Of a stretch of 64,000 nt of DNA, positions 36,148-44,508 are shown piece by piece. Under the pieces are notes generated by a model, which searched no databases, was not told the DNA's origin, and saw nothing but the letters and a program-made list of their open reading frames with translations. The translations under genes and the position numbers were made by a program. Location: the IMG/VR virus record IMGVR_UViG_3300020047_006434, positions 21,414-85,413 of that record; one strand, 5' to 3'. Every line of letters starts with the position of its first letter. Within the stretch, counting starts at the first letter, position 1. The stretch is from a virus (Duplodnaviria > Caudoviricetes).

Positions 36148-36879
36148 CTATCGCAGCACCAGCTTTTCAGCCTGCCGATAATCCAACGCCAACTTAGCTT
36201 CATCAAACGCCCGTGGAACATCCATGCCGGCGGCATGGAGTTGATAGAACTGCTGCGCAAACTCCACGGCGGCGGCATCCTCTATTTCGCCCGTCACAGC
36301 TACCACATGCTGAATCCCGGCACGCTTCATGGCGTCAGCTACACTGTGATCACTGAAGCAAGCGAGGATGACCGCCACATTGACACCGCGCCCGGTTAGC
36401 ACCCGTTGCCACCATCCGGCACTCAGTTGCAGGTCGTTAATGATAATGTGTTCTGCATCACCGTGACTGCCGATTTCAATGGCAGTAATGCCGCCGATCC
36501 GCAACTCTCGCAGAATGTTGGCGCGGGTCGCTGATTCACCTGTTAGCGCACGGTATTCAACACCGGAATCATACACGGCGTCACGTTCGCTACCGGAATC
36601 AATGTTCGACACTGGCCAAATGCCAAGCACGACTACATGCGGCTTAGACTTGACGACCTGCGCCCGCAATTCGTCTAATTCACTTCTCAGATCCTGAATA
36701 AGCCGGTTGGCTGCTGCCAGGTCTGCCAATAGTTGATTGCGCTCGCCTGTGAGCCATTGCACCTGTTGCCGCAATTCTCGCACCTCTTTCGTGCCGGTAA
36801 AACCCCACCCCTGGCGCTGGGCGATGACGAAGAGAGCGAACGACAACGCAACAGAGATTACAATAGTCCACGCTTCCAT
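36148..36879 (-). CDS. Membrane-anchored CHAT (caspase-like, clan CD) domain protein
   Basis: N-terminal TM, coiled coil, IEIGSHGD (His), VILACFS (Cys), C-terminal AGIQHVVAVTGEIEDAAAVEFAQQFYQLHAAG...AFDEAK. Confidence 0.75.
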   Translation of the reverse strand: MEAWTIVISVALSFALFVIAQRQGWGFTGTKEVRELRQQVQWLTGERNQLLADLAAANRLIQDLRSELDELRAQVVKSKPHVVVLGIWPVSNIDSGSERDAVYDSGVEYRALTGESATRANILRELRIGGITAIEIGSHGDAEHIIINDLQLSAGWWQRVLTGRGVNVAVILACFSDHSVADAMKRAGIQHVVAVTGEIEDAAAVEFAQQFYQLHAAGMDVPRAFDEAKLALDYRQAEKLVLR

Positions 36880-36880
36880 A

Positions 36881-37048
36881 CTATTCGCCCCACTCATCCA
36901 TTGGCACAGCCTTGACTTGCCCGTTGGCCATGCCGGCGCAGATGTCTTCCAGCACAGCAATCTGCTGCCGCTGATACCACGCGAACAGACCTAACGCCAA
37001 CGTTGACACGGCAAACGCACCAACCAAAAACGCCAACGTTGTAATCAT
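36881..37048 (-). CDS. 55-aa single-TM protein (not in ORF track)
   Basis: MITTLAFLVGAFAVSTLALGLFAWYQRQQ...; ATGA coupling. Confidence 0.55.
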   Translation of the reverse strand: MITTLAFLVGAFAVSTLALGLFAWYQRQQIAVLEDICAGMANGQVKAVPMDEWGE

Positions 37049-37287
37049 CTTCCATCCCCCTCGTACTGCCGTAATACCGTAGACATATTCATGGCTAGCA
37101 CATTTAGCGCACGCAGTTGCTCAGCCTGTGTCTTGGCTATCGCTTCCAGTTGCGCCACCCGTTGCTCCATCGCCGTAGCGTGCTGCGTGGCTGCGTCGAG
37201 CGCATTGGTCAGCCGCGCCACATCATAGGCAAGTTGAACGAAGCGTTGATCATTCGTTGATCTATCGTTGTTCCATAGCCAGGTCAT
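37045..37287 (-). CDS. Coiled-coil protein
   Basis: VARLTNAL...MEQRVAQLEAIA heptads. Confidence 0.6.
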   Translation of the reverse strand: MTWLWNNDRSTNDQRFVQLAYDVARLTNALDAATQHATAMEQRVAQLEAIAKTQAEQLRALNVLAMNMSTVLRQYEGDGR

Positions 37288-37519
37288 TGACACCCGTTGC
37301 CTCCCCGCTAATCCCATCTGCCACCACATACCCGTCCTGTTGCCCGTCATACGTCACCGCATACCAGGCGCTGTCAGGCCCGCACGGACAGCCATGCACC
37401 CGCACCGTGTCACCGTGGACAATGGTGCGCACTACCGACGCCGTTGCGTGTGGCCGTGTGCGCAGGTCAACGCCGGATGGTGCGATGACGTGGCCAGTCC
37501 ATGTGGCGGCGGCGTTCAT
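37262..37519 (-). CDS. Stand-alone bacterial SH3 (SH3b) domain protein
   Basis: VDLRTRPHATASVVRTIVHGDTVRV...WYAVTYDGQQDGYV. Confidence 0.75.
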   Translation of the reverse strand: MNAAATWTGHVIAPSGVDLRTRPHATASVVRTIVHGDTVRVHGCPCGPDSAWYAVTYDGQQDGYVVADGISGEATGVNDLAMEQR

Positions 37520-38130
37520 TCGGCTGGCTCCCACGGGGCGACGACTGGCCCCCACCACTGGCCGGAAAACCATTTAATATCCTCAAATTGACCACCGTCC
37601 CAGCCGGGCAACCATGCCAGGATTTCGACACTGTAGGCCAGGATTTCAGGATCATCGGTGACCATAACCGGCGTTAAATCGGCAAGATCACGAGCATGGC
37701 AGCGGCCTTTGAACCAGTACCGTCCTGGCATTGTGGGCGCTTCCGTCTCCCCGTTGCGGTGACTGTACGCCACCGTCGTCCGTAGTTCGGACTGAAGAGC
37801 GAGCTTGTCCTCACTGGTTAGCACCGTGTCAAAAATCTCCCACATGCATTCGGACCAATCAATGTTATCCAGCCTGCCATTCATGTCAAAACGAAACTGA
37901 ACAATCGCCGCGATATCCTTGTCTTGCTCAGGCGTGATATTGAACCGGCTATCATCCCGCTTTGCCACTCGCTGCCACACGCCCACAGCCACGTCCTGCT
38001 GGCTAAATGACCGCGTGCTGATGCCGCAGACCAGGTTGCTGCATTGGACCGACCAGCAAAGGTGAGGGTCGGTGACGTTTTTGATGAGGTGGGCGGGACT
38101 GCCACAGTGTTTGCAGTGTGATAGTTTCAT
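37516..38130 (-). CDS. Lar-like zinc-ribbon N-domain fused to the Trp-rich domain seen at 835-1077
   Basis: CKHCG...VQCSNLVCG...AVGVWQR; C-terminal HRNGETEAPTMPGRYWF...GQWWGPV. Confidence 0.6.
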   Translation of the reverse strand: MKLSHCKHCGSPAHLIKNVTDPHLCWSVQCSNLVCGISTRSFSQQDVAVGVWQRVAKRDDSRFNITPEQDKDIAAIVQFRFDMNGRLDNIDWSECMWEIFDTVLTSEDKLALQSELRTTVAYSHRNGETEAPTMPGRYWFKGRCHARDLADLTPVMVTDDPEILAYSVEILAWLPGWDGGQFEDIKWFSGQWWGPVVAPWEPAE

Positions 38131-38360
38131 GGTAGCACCCGATGCTGTGTAAAGACGACCTGCGACGGCGAACCATTGATGCGCTCAATATCCAGCCCGT
38201 CAAAGTCGTTGAATTCATCAGAGTCATTAGACGCCAGATCGCATTGCGTGCGGAATGCCTCTAAATCTTCTAGCGCCACAATGTACCAATGCCCTTCGTT
38301 GTCTTTGGCGATCACGTATTCTGTCATTTGCCACCTTGCCATTCGTTCACAATCGCCCAC
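38127..38360 (-). CDS. Small acidic hypothetical protein
   Basis: KDNEGHWYIV motif. Confidence 0.55.
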   Translation of the reverse strand: MGDCERMARWQMTEYVIAKDNEGHWYIVALEDLEAFRTQCDLASNDSDEFNDFDGLDIERINGSPSQVVFTQHRVLP

Positions 38361-38929
38361 AGTTTGCGAATCTCCACCCAGGCCGCTTCCAACGTGTCAG
38401 GCTGTGTCGGCGGGTCAATCGGTGGGGTGATGGTGCCGGCAGTCTCCATTGTCCAGGTAGCAAACCAAGAGACGTGCAACTGAAACGGCAAACCTGCACC
38501 GACAACCATATCGGCTTTGACTCCTGCTGGCTTCCATGCCCACGGACCCCGTTGTCCCTGGTCGGGGAAATAACGAGACGACGACCACATGACAATGTTA
38601 GCCCAGCCGCTGCGCTGTTTGGCGCTGACGGTAACGTGATTGCCTCCGTCCTGCCAGGTATAAAACTCAATCGGGAAATTGCCAACCATCTGGCCATCAC
38701 GCTGCACGCCACCAAATAAGTGATGGTCAGCGCCGGCATCATCGAAAGCGCTAGACAGGTATGCATCCCGCGCCCATTGTGGCAACGCGCCAGGCTTGCT
38801 GGATACTTCCCACGAGCCGTCACGGGTTGTCCAAATGTCTTTCACCCGATAAACCACGTCACCCGGACGCGCATCATACGCCTGCACGCTGATGTTGAAC
38901 TTTCGTGCATCGTCGCTAATTCGTGCCAT
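38324..38929 (-). CDS. Hypothetical protein resembling a Chloroflexota cell-envelope-associated domain
   Basis: GGAGG RBS; HHLFGGV...FYTWQDG...ANIVMW...ADMVVGAGLP..LHVSW pattern recalled, not verified. Confidence 0.5.
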   Translation of the reverse strand: MARISDDARKFNISVQAYDARPGDVVYRVKDIWTTRDGSWEVSSKPGALPQWARDAYLSSAFDDAGADHHLFGGVQRDGQMVGNFPIEFYTWQDGGNHVTVSAKQRSGWANIVMWSSSRYFPDQGQRGPWAWKPAGVKADMVVGAGLPFQLHVSWFATWTMETAGTITPPIDPPTQPDTLEAAWVEIRKLWAIVNEWQGGK

Positions 38930-39009
38930 CGTTGTAATCCTCCATGCCCCAACTAACAAAAAGCGCCACGGGCTGCATCGGCTGCGGCGCGTGGCGTTGA
39001 CGTAGCACC

Positions 39010-39038
39010 ATTATAGCATAGCAGCCTTACAATCGCAA
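39010..39038 (-). promoter_or_regulatory. sigma70 promoter for envelope/lysis block, followed by terminator-like hairpin 38958-38996
   Basis: TTGCGA-17-TATAAT with TG extension. Confidence 0.65.
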
Positions 39039-39201
39039 CTAGTTGAGATGCATTCTCATTTACAGTATCGTGATTTGGGCGTAATTCCTTCGCGAACGCG
39101 GATTATTTGGAGAAGATACACTAAAGGTAGTAGTTGACGGTGGCGTAAGTGGAGGAATAAATGAATAGGATTCATTGTTTTCAAATTCGCCAAATTGCCT
39201 A

Positions 39202-39231
39202 TTGACAACAGTTATTATTCCGTGGTATAAT
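39202..39231 (+). promoter_or_regulatory. Strong sigma70 promoter for the early small-gene island
   Basis: TTGACA-18-TATAAT with TG extension. Confidence 0.75.
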
Positions 39232-39276
39232 TATCTTAGGAAAGCAAAACGGATAGAGCAGAAAGGACAACTGAAT

Positions 39277-39483
39277 ATGTTTAGCGAACGATGGTTAGAC
39301 AGCCTGGACAAGATGTATGCCGATGCAAAGCCCCGCCGTATCTCTGTCAACATGGCAGCGCACAATGCTTGGGACGTAGGCACGACGGTTCTCTTCCATG
39401 TACCAGAGATTGATCGCTGGATTGCCTACGAGAATATCAAGCAGGATAAAGTGGGCGCATACATTGAGGTGACAGTCGGCTAA
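39277..39483 (+). CDS. Small early protein
   Basis: GAAAGGA RBS. Confidence 0.65.
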   Translation: MFSERWLDSLDKMYADAKPRRISVNMAAHNAWDVGTTVLFHVPEIDRWIAYENIKQDKVGAYIEVTVG

Positions 39484-39517
39484 CTTCAGCCGCGATTCTC
39501 ATAGGCAACTATGAGGA

Positions 39518-39760
39518 TTGCGAGTGCAGTTAGTAACACACGAAAGGATAAGGCAGGGTATGTTTAGCGATAATGTAACATTCTGGATTTACACGAACGA
39601 CGGGCGCAAGGTTGGCGAGTTTCAGGTAGGCAAAACCTTGTTCTCCCCAGAAAACGAATGGCCAAGAATTGAGGCGACCTTGAACATTGCGCACTGGAAT
39701 ACTTGTCGCGACCTCGGTCTTGACTACAAGCAACACAACTACTGCATCGCAGCAGCGTAA
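39518..39760 (+). CDS. Small early protein, paralogue of 40934-41158
   Basis: WIYTNDGRKVGEF ... LGLD..HNYCIA. Confidence 0.65.
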   Translation: MRVQLVTHERIRQGMFSDNVTFWIYTNDGRKVGEFQVGKTLFSPENEWPRIEATLNIAHWNTCRDLGLDYKQHNYCIAAA

Positions 39761-39833
39761 GACGAAACAGGCACCCCCGCCTGTCGCTAGCTAAGTGGCT
39801 AGCCTGATGAGTCTCAAGTGAAAGGAACGAACG

Positions 39834-40022
39834 ATGAACGTAACAAGAACACCCATGAATGCTGTCGCAATCCACACCGCAACACAATGCATTGAGGTAA
39901 GCGAAGGGCAGAAGTTCTATGAAACGCCAAAGGCCATTGAACTTTGGCAAGAGGAACCAGAGCTCCGGTTCCTCAAACGGTGGTCGAAGGGTAAGCAAGT
40001 CTTATGGGTAACTGAACGTTAA
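39834..40022 (+). CDS. Small early protein
   Basis: GAAAGGA RBS. Confidence 0.6.
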   Translation: MNVTRTPMNAVAIHTATQCIEVSEGQKFYETPKAIELWQEEPELRFLKRWSKGKQVLWVTER

Positions 40023-40275
40023 AATCATCGCAGCCAGCAGCCCCGGCAGAAAGGAGGTGACACCGCCCACGTTGGGCGTACACATATAGCAAGGATAGGC
40101 ACATGTACAAGGCAATGTATACGATTCAGTTGGCACTCTATGCCCAGCCAGACGCCAAGATAGCGAACGGCATCTACTGGACAGGAGTATGGGTAAGATT
40201 ATTTGTTTGGATATGGAAAGGATAGAGAGATGCAACAGTACACAGTCAGTTACAGGGTAACGAAAGGATAACAGT

Positions 40276-40536
40276 ATGACCGTAAAACAATTAGACGCTA
40301 CCACAAAAGAGGAAATCTTAGAAGCCGCCGCACACTGGCGCACACTGGCGCAGGAAGAGCGGAATACAGGCGACTACGAAGTTAAAGCTGGTATCAGTGA
40401 TGGAAAAGTACATCGCAACCGAGCAAGTCTTTACGATGAGGTGGCTGTCACGCTAGACATTCAAGCGCGGACGGGGATAGGGGTACAACCCTTCAATCAT
40501 AAGCCTTATGGCGAAGGGTTCACGTTTCAACAGTAA
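40276..40536 (+). CDS. Small early protein
   Basis: GAAAGGA RBS. Confidence 0.65.
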   Translation: MTVKQLDATTKEEILEAAAHWRTLAQEERNTGDYEVKAGISDGKVHRNRASLYDEVAVTLDIQARTGIGVQPFNHKPYGEGFTFQQ

Positions 40537-40551
40537 CGAAAGGAACACAGT

Positions 40552-40815
40552 ATGAATCAGATGAATCTACTAGGCGAAGAGCAAGGCGCCCCACTCTTTA
40601 GCCAGCCGCAACGCAGCGTCATTCATCTAACCCTGACCGGGTACTATGCAGGCACACCGGTTTGTGGTGCCAACAAAGCGCAGGCCAAGGCTAACGGCGA
40701 TGAGTTCTATCATGCGATGTACTTTAATGATTGGACTAACGCCCGCCTTTGCCCCCACTGCAAAGCCGAATGGGACGCCGCAGCCGATGAGCCAAGCGAC
40801 CCGCTGTTCACCTAA
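40552..40815 (+). CDS. Small early zinc-binding protein
   Basis: GAAAGGA RBS; PVCG and LCPHC. Confidence 0.65.
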   Translation: MNQMNLLGEEQGAPLFSQPQRSVIHLTLTGYYAGTPVCGANKAQAKANGDEFYHAMYFNDWTNARLCPHCKAEWDAAADEPSDPLFT

Positions 40816-40933
40816 CCCAACACATCGCAGCCGCAGCCCGGCACCCTTTATCCGTACTCCCTGTGTGACAAGTGCAGGGTACCCAAGCCGAGAGTCAAAG
40901 GGCCAACCAATAGACACATGAAAGGATAGAACG

Positions 40934-41158
40934 ATGATTACCTACTGGATTTGCACAAAGGATAGGCGACATGTTGGCGAGTTTAGCATAAGCGAGGAAT
41001 CGGTAATGGTGGGTATGGGTGTAGTAAAGAGAGACGACAAAATAACGCAGACGGCAATGCGCATGGGCGCAAAGTTCATTCTCTCCAATTACCTGCTCGC
41101 CTGCTTGCGGCTAGGTATTGACCCAGAGCTACACACCTATTGCCTAGCGTCAACATAA
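40934..41158 (+). CDS. Small early protein, paralogue of 39518-39760
   Basis: WICTKDRRHVGEF ... LGIDP..HTYCLA. Confidence 0.65.
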   Translation: MITYWICTKDRRHVGEFSISEESVMVGMGVVKRDDKITQTAMRMGAKFILSNYLLACLRLGIDPELHTYCLAST

Positions 41159-41173
41159 TTCGGAAAGGACATC

Positions 41174-41614
41174 ATGACGAGCAAGCCAACCAAGCAGCAG
41201 GATTTAGAAGCACTACAAAACCGTATCATTATCGCCATGTCAGCAGGCAACACCAACGAACTGGCACAATTAGTAGACGCTCGCGAGATGGCGCGCAGCA
41301 GCAAGAAGTCAGTGGCCGAATGCGAAGCAGCTATTCGTAAACTGTATGCCGATGTTGCCAGCGGTACGCACCCCTATGTAGCAGAGATTGTGACGGCTAT
41401 GCATATGAATATCGGTCAACGCGTGGTCATCGACCAGCAATTTGTAAGCGGCGTCTGCGACGGGCAGAACTTCGGGCCATCCACTGTCGCAGAACTGCAA
41501 GCCCTGGTGGGCAGGCAGGCAACGATAATCGCAATCGCAAGGGCGGGCTACACGATTGCGATTGATGGACTGGAAGGGCTTTTCCCTGTTCGCTGTCATG
41601 AGGTGACCGCATGA
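41174..41614 (+). CDS. Early hypothetical protein
   Basis: GAAAGGA RBS; helical N-half, possible KOW/SH3-like C-half. Confidence 0.65.
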   Translation: MTSKPTKQQDLEALQNRIIIAMSAGNTNELAQLVDAREMARSSKKSVAECEAAIRKLYADVASGTHPYVAEIVTAMHMNIGQRVVIDQQFVSGVCDGQNFGPSTVAELQALVGRQATIIAIARAGYTIAIDGLEGLFPVRCHEVTA

Positions 41615-41838
41615 CAGCACAACCCAAGCACCCAGGCGGCAGACCACGCGGCAGCCGCAACAAACCAGGACACCAGGCAGGACGGCCAACGAAGGGGGTG
41701 ATAGATGTTACTGTCACCCTACCCCCTGCCCTAGTCGAGTGGCTTGATACACTCGAGCCAAAAGGGAACCGCAGCGCCACCGTTACCCGACTTTTGCGGG
41801 ATTTACAAGCGAACCATGATACAGTAAACACAGGTTAG
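41611..41838 (+). CDS. AT-hook-like plus ribbon-helix-helix DNA-binding protein
   Basis: GGRPRG and AGRP; VTVTLPPALVEWLD...NRSATVTRLL. Confidence 0.75.
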   Translation: MTAQPKHPGGRPRGSRNKPGHQAGRPTKGVIDVTVTLPPALVEWLDTLEPKGNRSATVTRLLRDLQANHDTVNTG

Positions 41839-41860
41839 TTAATTCAGAAAGGAACTACAC

Positions 41861-42037
41861 ATGAACAAGCAATACACATACGAAGAAACCGCCGAATCCT
41901 ATAACCTCTGGGGCGAATACGTTGACCCAGAAGGAACAATGACAGAAGCTGAGTTTGATGAACTCAGCACCGAAGAAAAGATCCAGATCCAAATCAAGTG
42001 CTTCGGTAAAGAAGAAAAGGTAAGCGACGAAGAGTAA
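41861..42037 (+). CDS. 58-aa highly acidic protein (not in ORF track)
   Basis: GAAAGGA RBS; MNKQYTYEETAESYNLWGEYVDPEGTMTEAEFDELSTEEK...; followed by terminator. Confidence 0.75.
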   Translation: MNKQYTYEETAESYNLWGEYVDPEGTMTEAEFDELSTEEKIQIQIKCFGKEEKVSDEE

Positions 42038-42044
42038 TCAACCC

Positions 42045-42075
42045 GCCCCACCTCACAAGTGGGGCAATTCTTTTT
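42045..42075 (+). terminator. Intrinsic terminator
   Basis: GCCCCAC/GTGGGGC stem, T-rich tail. Confidence 0.65.
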
Positions 42076-42088
42076 GCAGGAGCGCCCA

Positions 42089-42319
42089 ATGCAAGAAAAT
42101 CCACAATGGCAACTGCTCGAATGGTATCGCGGTTGCCCTATCGAACATCGACCAGGGATGCAACGCCGCGGGTATCGGCTCATCTATCGCAATGACGCCG
42201 GCATTATAACGATGGTGCATTACACCGCCGATAAGTGTCGCCATCAATGCGACAGACTACACAAATCGCTAGGCGATCAAGTAGAACTAACAGAAAAGGA
42301 ATACGAAGCATACTCATGA
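42089..42319 (+). CDS. Small early protein
   Basis: AGGAG RBS; coupled to next ORF. Confidence 0.55.
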   Translation: MQENPQWQLLEWYRGCPIEHRPGMQRRGYRLIYRNDAGIITMVHYTADKCRHQCDRLHKSLGDQVELTEKEYEAYS

Positions 42320-42606
42320 TGACAAACTTCCAGGCAAAGCACCACATCGGCAAAGCGCTGGCCGAATCGCTGGGTATCGATGTCCAGGTTACGCAATCCG
42401 GCCAACTGACAGCCGATACACGCAGGTCAATCAATGCGGCCGGTTACTACTGGTTTCCTAGTCGTCGCTGTTGGGACAAGTTGCAGCCACATCCAGACAC
42501 GACCGCCGCCGCCGTAGCGCTAGGTAGCAAGACCAGCGACAAAAAGGCTACAGCATCCCGTGAGAATGGCAAGCGCGGCGGACGGCCACGAAAGCAATCC
42601 ACATAA
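42316..42606 (+). CDS. Small protein with C-terminal basic AT-hook-like tail
   Basis: GSKTSDKKATASRENGKRGGRPRK. Confidence 0.7.
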   Translation: MMTNFQAKHHIGKALAESLGIDVQVTQSGQLTADTRRSINAAGYYWFPSRRCWDKLQPHPDTTAAAVALGSKTSDKKATASRENGKRGGRPRKQST

Positions 42607-42613
42607 AACACAC

Positions 42614-42645
42614 AGCCCCAGGTCATGCGCCTGGGGCTTTCTTTT
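42614..42645 (+). terminator. Intrinsic terminator
   Basis: AGCCCCAGG/CCTGGGGCT stem plus T tract. Confidence 0.75.
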
Positions 42646-42698
42646 GCGCGGAATAACTGAACCGTATTCACTATTGCGCGGAAATGCAAAACTCATGC

Positions 42699-42727
42699 TT
42701 GACAACGTTACGTAACGGCGATATACT
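42699..42727 (+). promoter_or_regulatory. sigma70 promoter with palindromic operator in spacer
   Basis: TTGACA-17-TATACT; CGTTACGTAACG at 42706-42717. Confidence 0.8.
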
Positions 42728-42770
42728 TGAGACATAGGCAAGGCAAAACGGACAAAGACAGGAGCGAATC

Positions 42771-43247
42771 ATGAGCAGCAAGACAATCACATTCGGCAAG
42801 TACAGCGGTAGCGAAGTCAACCACGTCGCCATTACCGACCCTGGTTACGCAAGTTGGGCGGCGCAGAACCTAAAGTCAGCCGAATGGCGCAAAGCTTTCG
42901 CTGATGCGTTGAAGGCTGTCAAAAGTGCCACCGTCGAAGAAATCGCCTCCGCTCATGAATCGCCCGATAGCCCACACTACGCCAAGGTGCTGGCAATGGT
43001 CAGTGCGGACAAGGCGAAGGAAGACCGCCAACAGGCTGAAATCAACGCTTGCCTAGCCGAGTATGCAGCCCAGGCGAATGTCAACGTAGATAAGTTCAGC
43101 AAAGTCGTCATGAGCTTCGTTGATCGCATGACACCACCAAGCGCAATCGACCCGGCGAAATTCAGCAGCCGCAACACTTACCAGGCCGTTGTGGACGCCA
43201 TGAACGCAGTCGATAAGTTAGTAGCAAAGCATTTCTTGGAAATCTGA
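42771..43247 (+). CDS. Hypothetical protein with N-terminal FGKY-type small domain
   Basis: ITFGKYSG...DPGYASW (DUF3820 / exonuclease-X-C-terminal-like); AGGAG RBS. Confidence 0.65.
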   Translation: MSSKTITFGKYSGSEVNHVAITDPGYASWAAQNLKSAEWRKAFADALKAVKSATVEEIASAHESPDSPHYAKVLAMVSADKAKEDRQQAEINACLAEYAAQANVNVDKFSKVVMSFVDRMTPPSAIDPAKFSSRNTYQAVVDAMNAVDKLVAKHFLEI

Positions 43248-43257
43248 GGAGGTTACA

Positions 43258-43494
43258 ATGGACATGAGGTATTGCGACGTGTGCGGTGAGGAGTACAACG
43301 CCAGCCGCACAACCCACACATGCCGGCCGGCTGATTTGGAAATGGCATTTTTGCAGGAAAGGGATCAACCAGTCGCCTGCAACCTGAACGGCGATGCACT
43401 CGCTGGATTGCGACGTGAAATCATCGCCAACGGCAGCCCAGCAAAACTTGTAGGTATGTGGGAACGGTCGGCCGGTCGGAAATTCGATAGTTAA
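43258..43494 (+). CDS. Small zinc-ribbon protein
   Basis: CDVCG...HTC; GAGGAGG RBS. Confidence 0.6.
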   Translation: MDMRYCDVCGEEYNASRTTHTCRPADLEMAFLQERDQPVACNLNGDALAGLRREIIANGSPAKLVGMWERSAGRKFDS

Positions 43495-43538
43495 TCCTTA
43501 GCCTTTGCGGTGGGCGGTCAAACCGCAGTCAGGATACC

Positions 43539-43895
43539 ATGAAAAAACCGTGGACAGGGCCGCTACCAACGGCGGCACAAATTAACCGCTGGATAGCAGA
43601 CCGACAGAAGGAAGGCGCAACGCTCAAGATTGAATCGCACGATAACGACGGCTCGCTGATGTCGTTTCATTGCGCCCATGATGAAGACGGCGTGCTTTAT
43701 GACTGGTTCCCCGCCGAATCAGCAGAGAGCGACGAATCGACGGGTGATAGTACGCCAGTCAACCGACAACGTCGCCGTAACTGGCGACTAAAGCGGATGG
43801 CACAGGTGAGCGGATTTGATTCAGTTGACGCGATGGCGAAAGCTATCAACAGCGGAACGCACCGGGTGGTGCGGATAACTGAAGAGATCGCCTAG
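43539..43895 (+). CDS. Early hypothetical protein
   Basis: AGGA RBS. Confidence 0.6.
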   Translation: MKKPWTGPLPTAAQINRWIADRQKEGATLKIESHDNDGSLMSFHCAHDEDGVLYDWFPAESAESDESTGDSTPVNRQRRRNWRLKRMAQVSGFDSVDAMAKAINSGTHRVVRITEEIA

Positions 43896-43977
43896 CCCCA
43901 AGCCCGGCGCCATCAGCGAGGTTGGTGGCCCTGGGTGTGTGGTTAGCAAAACAGTGACTAAAGAAAGAAGGAACACC

Positions 43978-44199
43978 ATGACATATCAACACGCAAAACA
44001 AATCGCAACCCAACTGACCGGTCGCACACCCAGATGGTGTGACGTGCGCGACGCAGACGACGAACTCGCACCGGCTCCTATCGCCTCAGCGATGGATGAC
44101 TGTATCGCCCTCGACGCCAACGGCAACCGCACGCAGGTTGACCACTGGCTGAATCAGCAGCCACGCGGCGAGAACGTCGAAGCCGTCTGCTATTTTTAA
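43978..44199 (+). CDS. Early hypothetical protein
   Basis: AAGGA RBS. Confidence 0.55.
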   Translation: MTYQHAKQIATQLTGRTPRWCDVRDADDELAPAPIASAMDDCIALDANGNRTQVDHWLNQQPRGENVEAVCYF

Positions 44200-44244
44200 T
44201 CAAGCCGCCCGCACCGGCTAACGTGCGGAGAAAGATAGGGAGTC

Positions 44245-44454
44245 GTGATTACCGTAGGAAAATTTCGGCGTGATTTAATTGTATTGGCCGACAACAAGCG
44301 TGTCGCCTCTTGCGACACGCTTAACGAGGTTGACGAATGCCACCTTGCCATTATGGCGGCGGCACCGCAAACAAAGGCGGTAACATATCAATTCAACCAG
44401 GATATTGCCTGGGCAGAGGATGAACACGGCAACACGATTTCCCCGAATCGATAG
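44245..44454 (+). CDS. Early hypothetical protein
   Basis: AGGGAG RBS, GTG start. Confidence 0.55.
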   Translation: MITVGKFRRDLIVLADNKRVASCDTLNEVDECHLAIMAAAPQTKAVTYQFNQDIAWAEDEHGNTISPNR

Positions 44455-44480
44455 CCACCGCACACAACCGCATATCCAAC

Positions 44481-44508
44481 AAAAGCGCCGGTGGTTGCCG
44501 GCGCTTTT
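44481..44508. terminator. Bidirectional terminator between convergent blocks
   Basis: AAAAGCGCCGG-TGGTTG-CCGGCGCTTTT. Confidence 0.8.

Noticed and set aside
41861-42037. Assignment of the acidic 58-aa protein to a named anti-CRISPR family
   Set aside because: Composition fits but I cannot match it to a specific Acr sequence without a search
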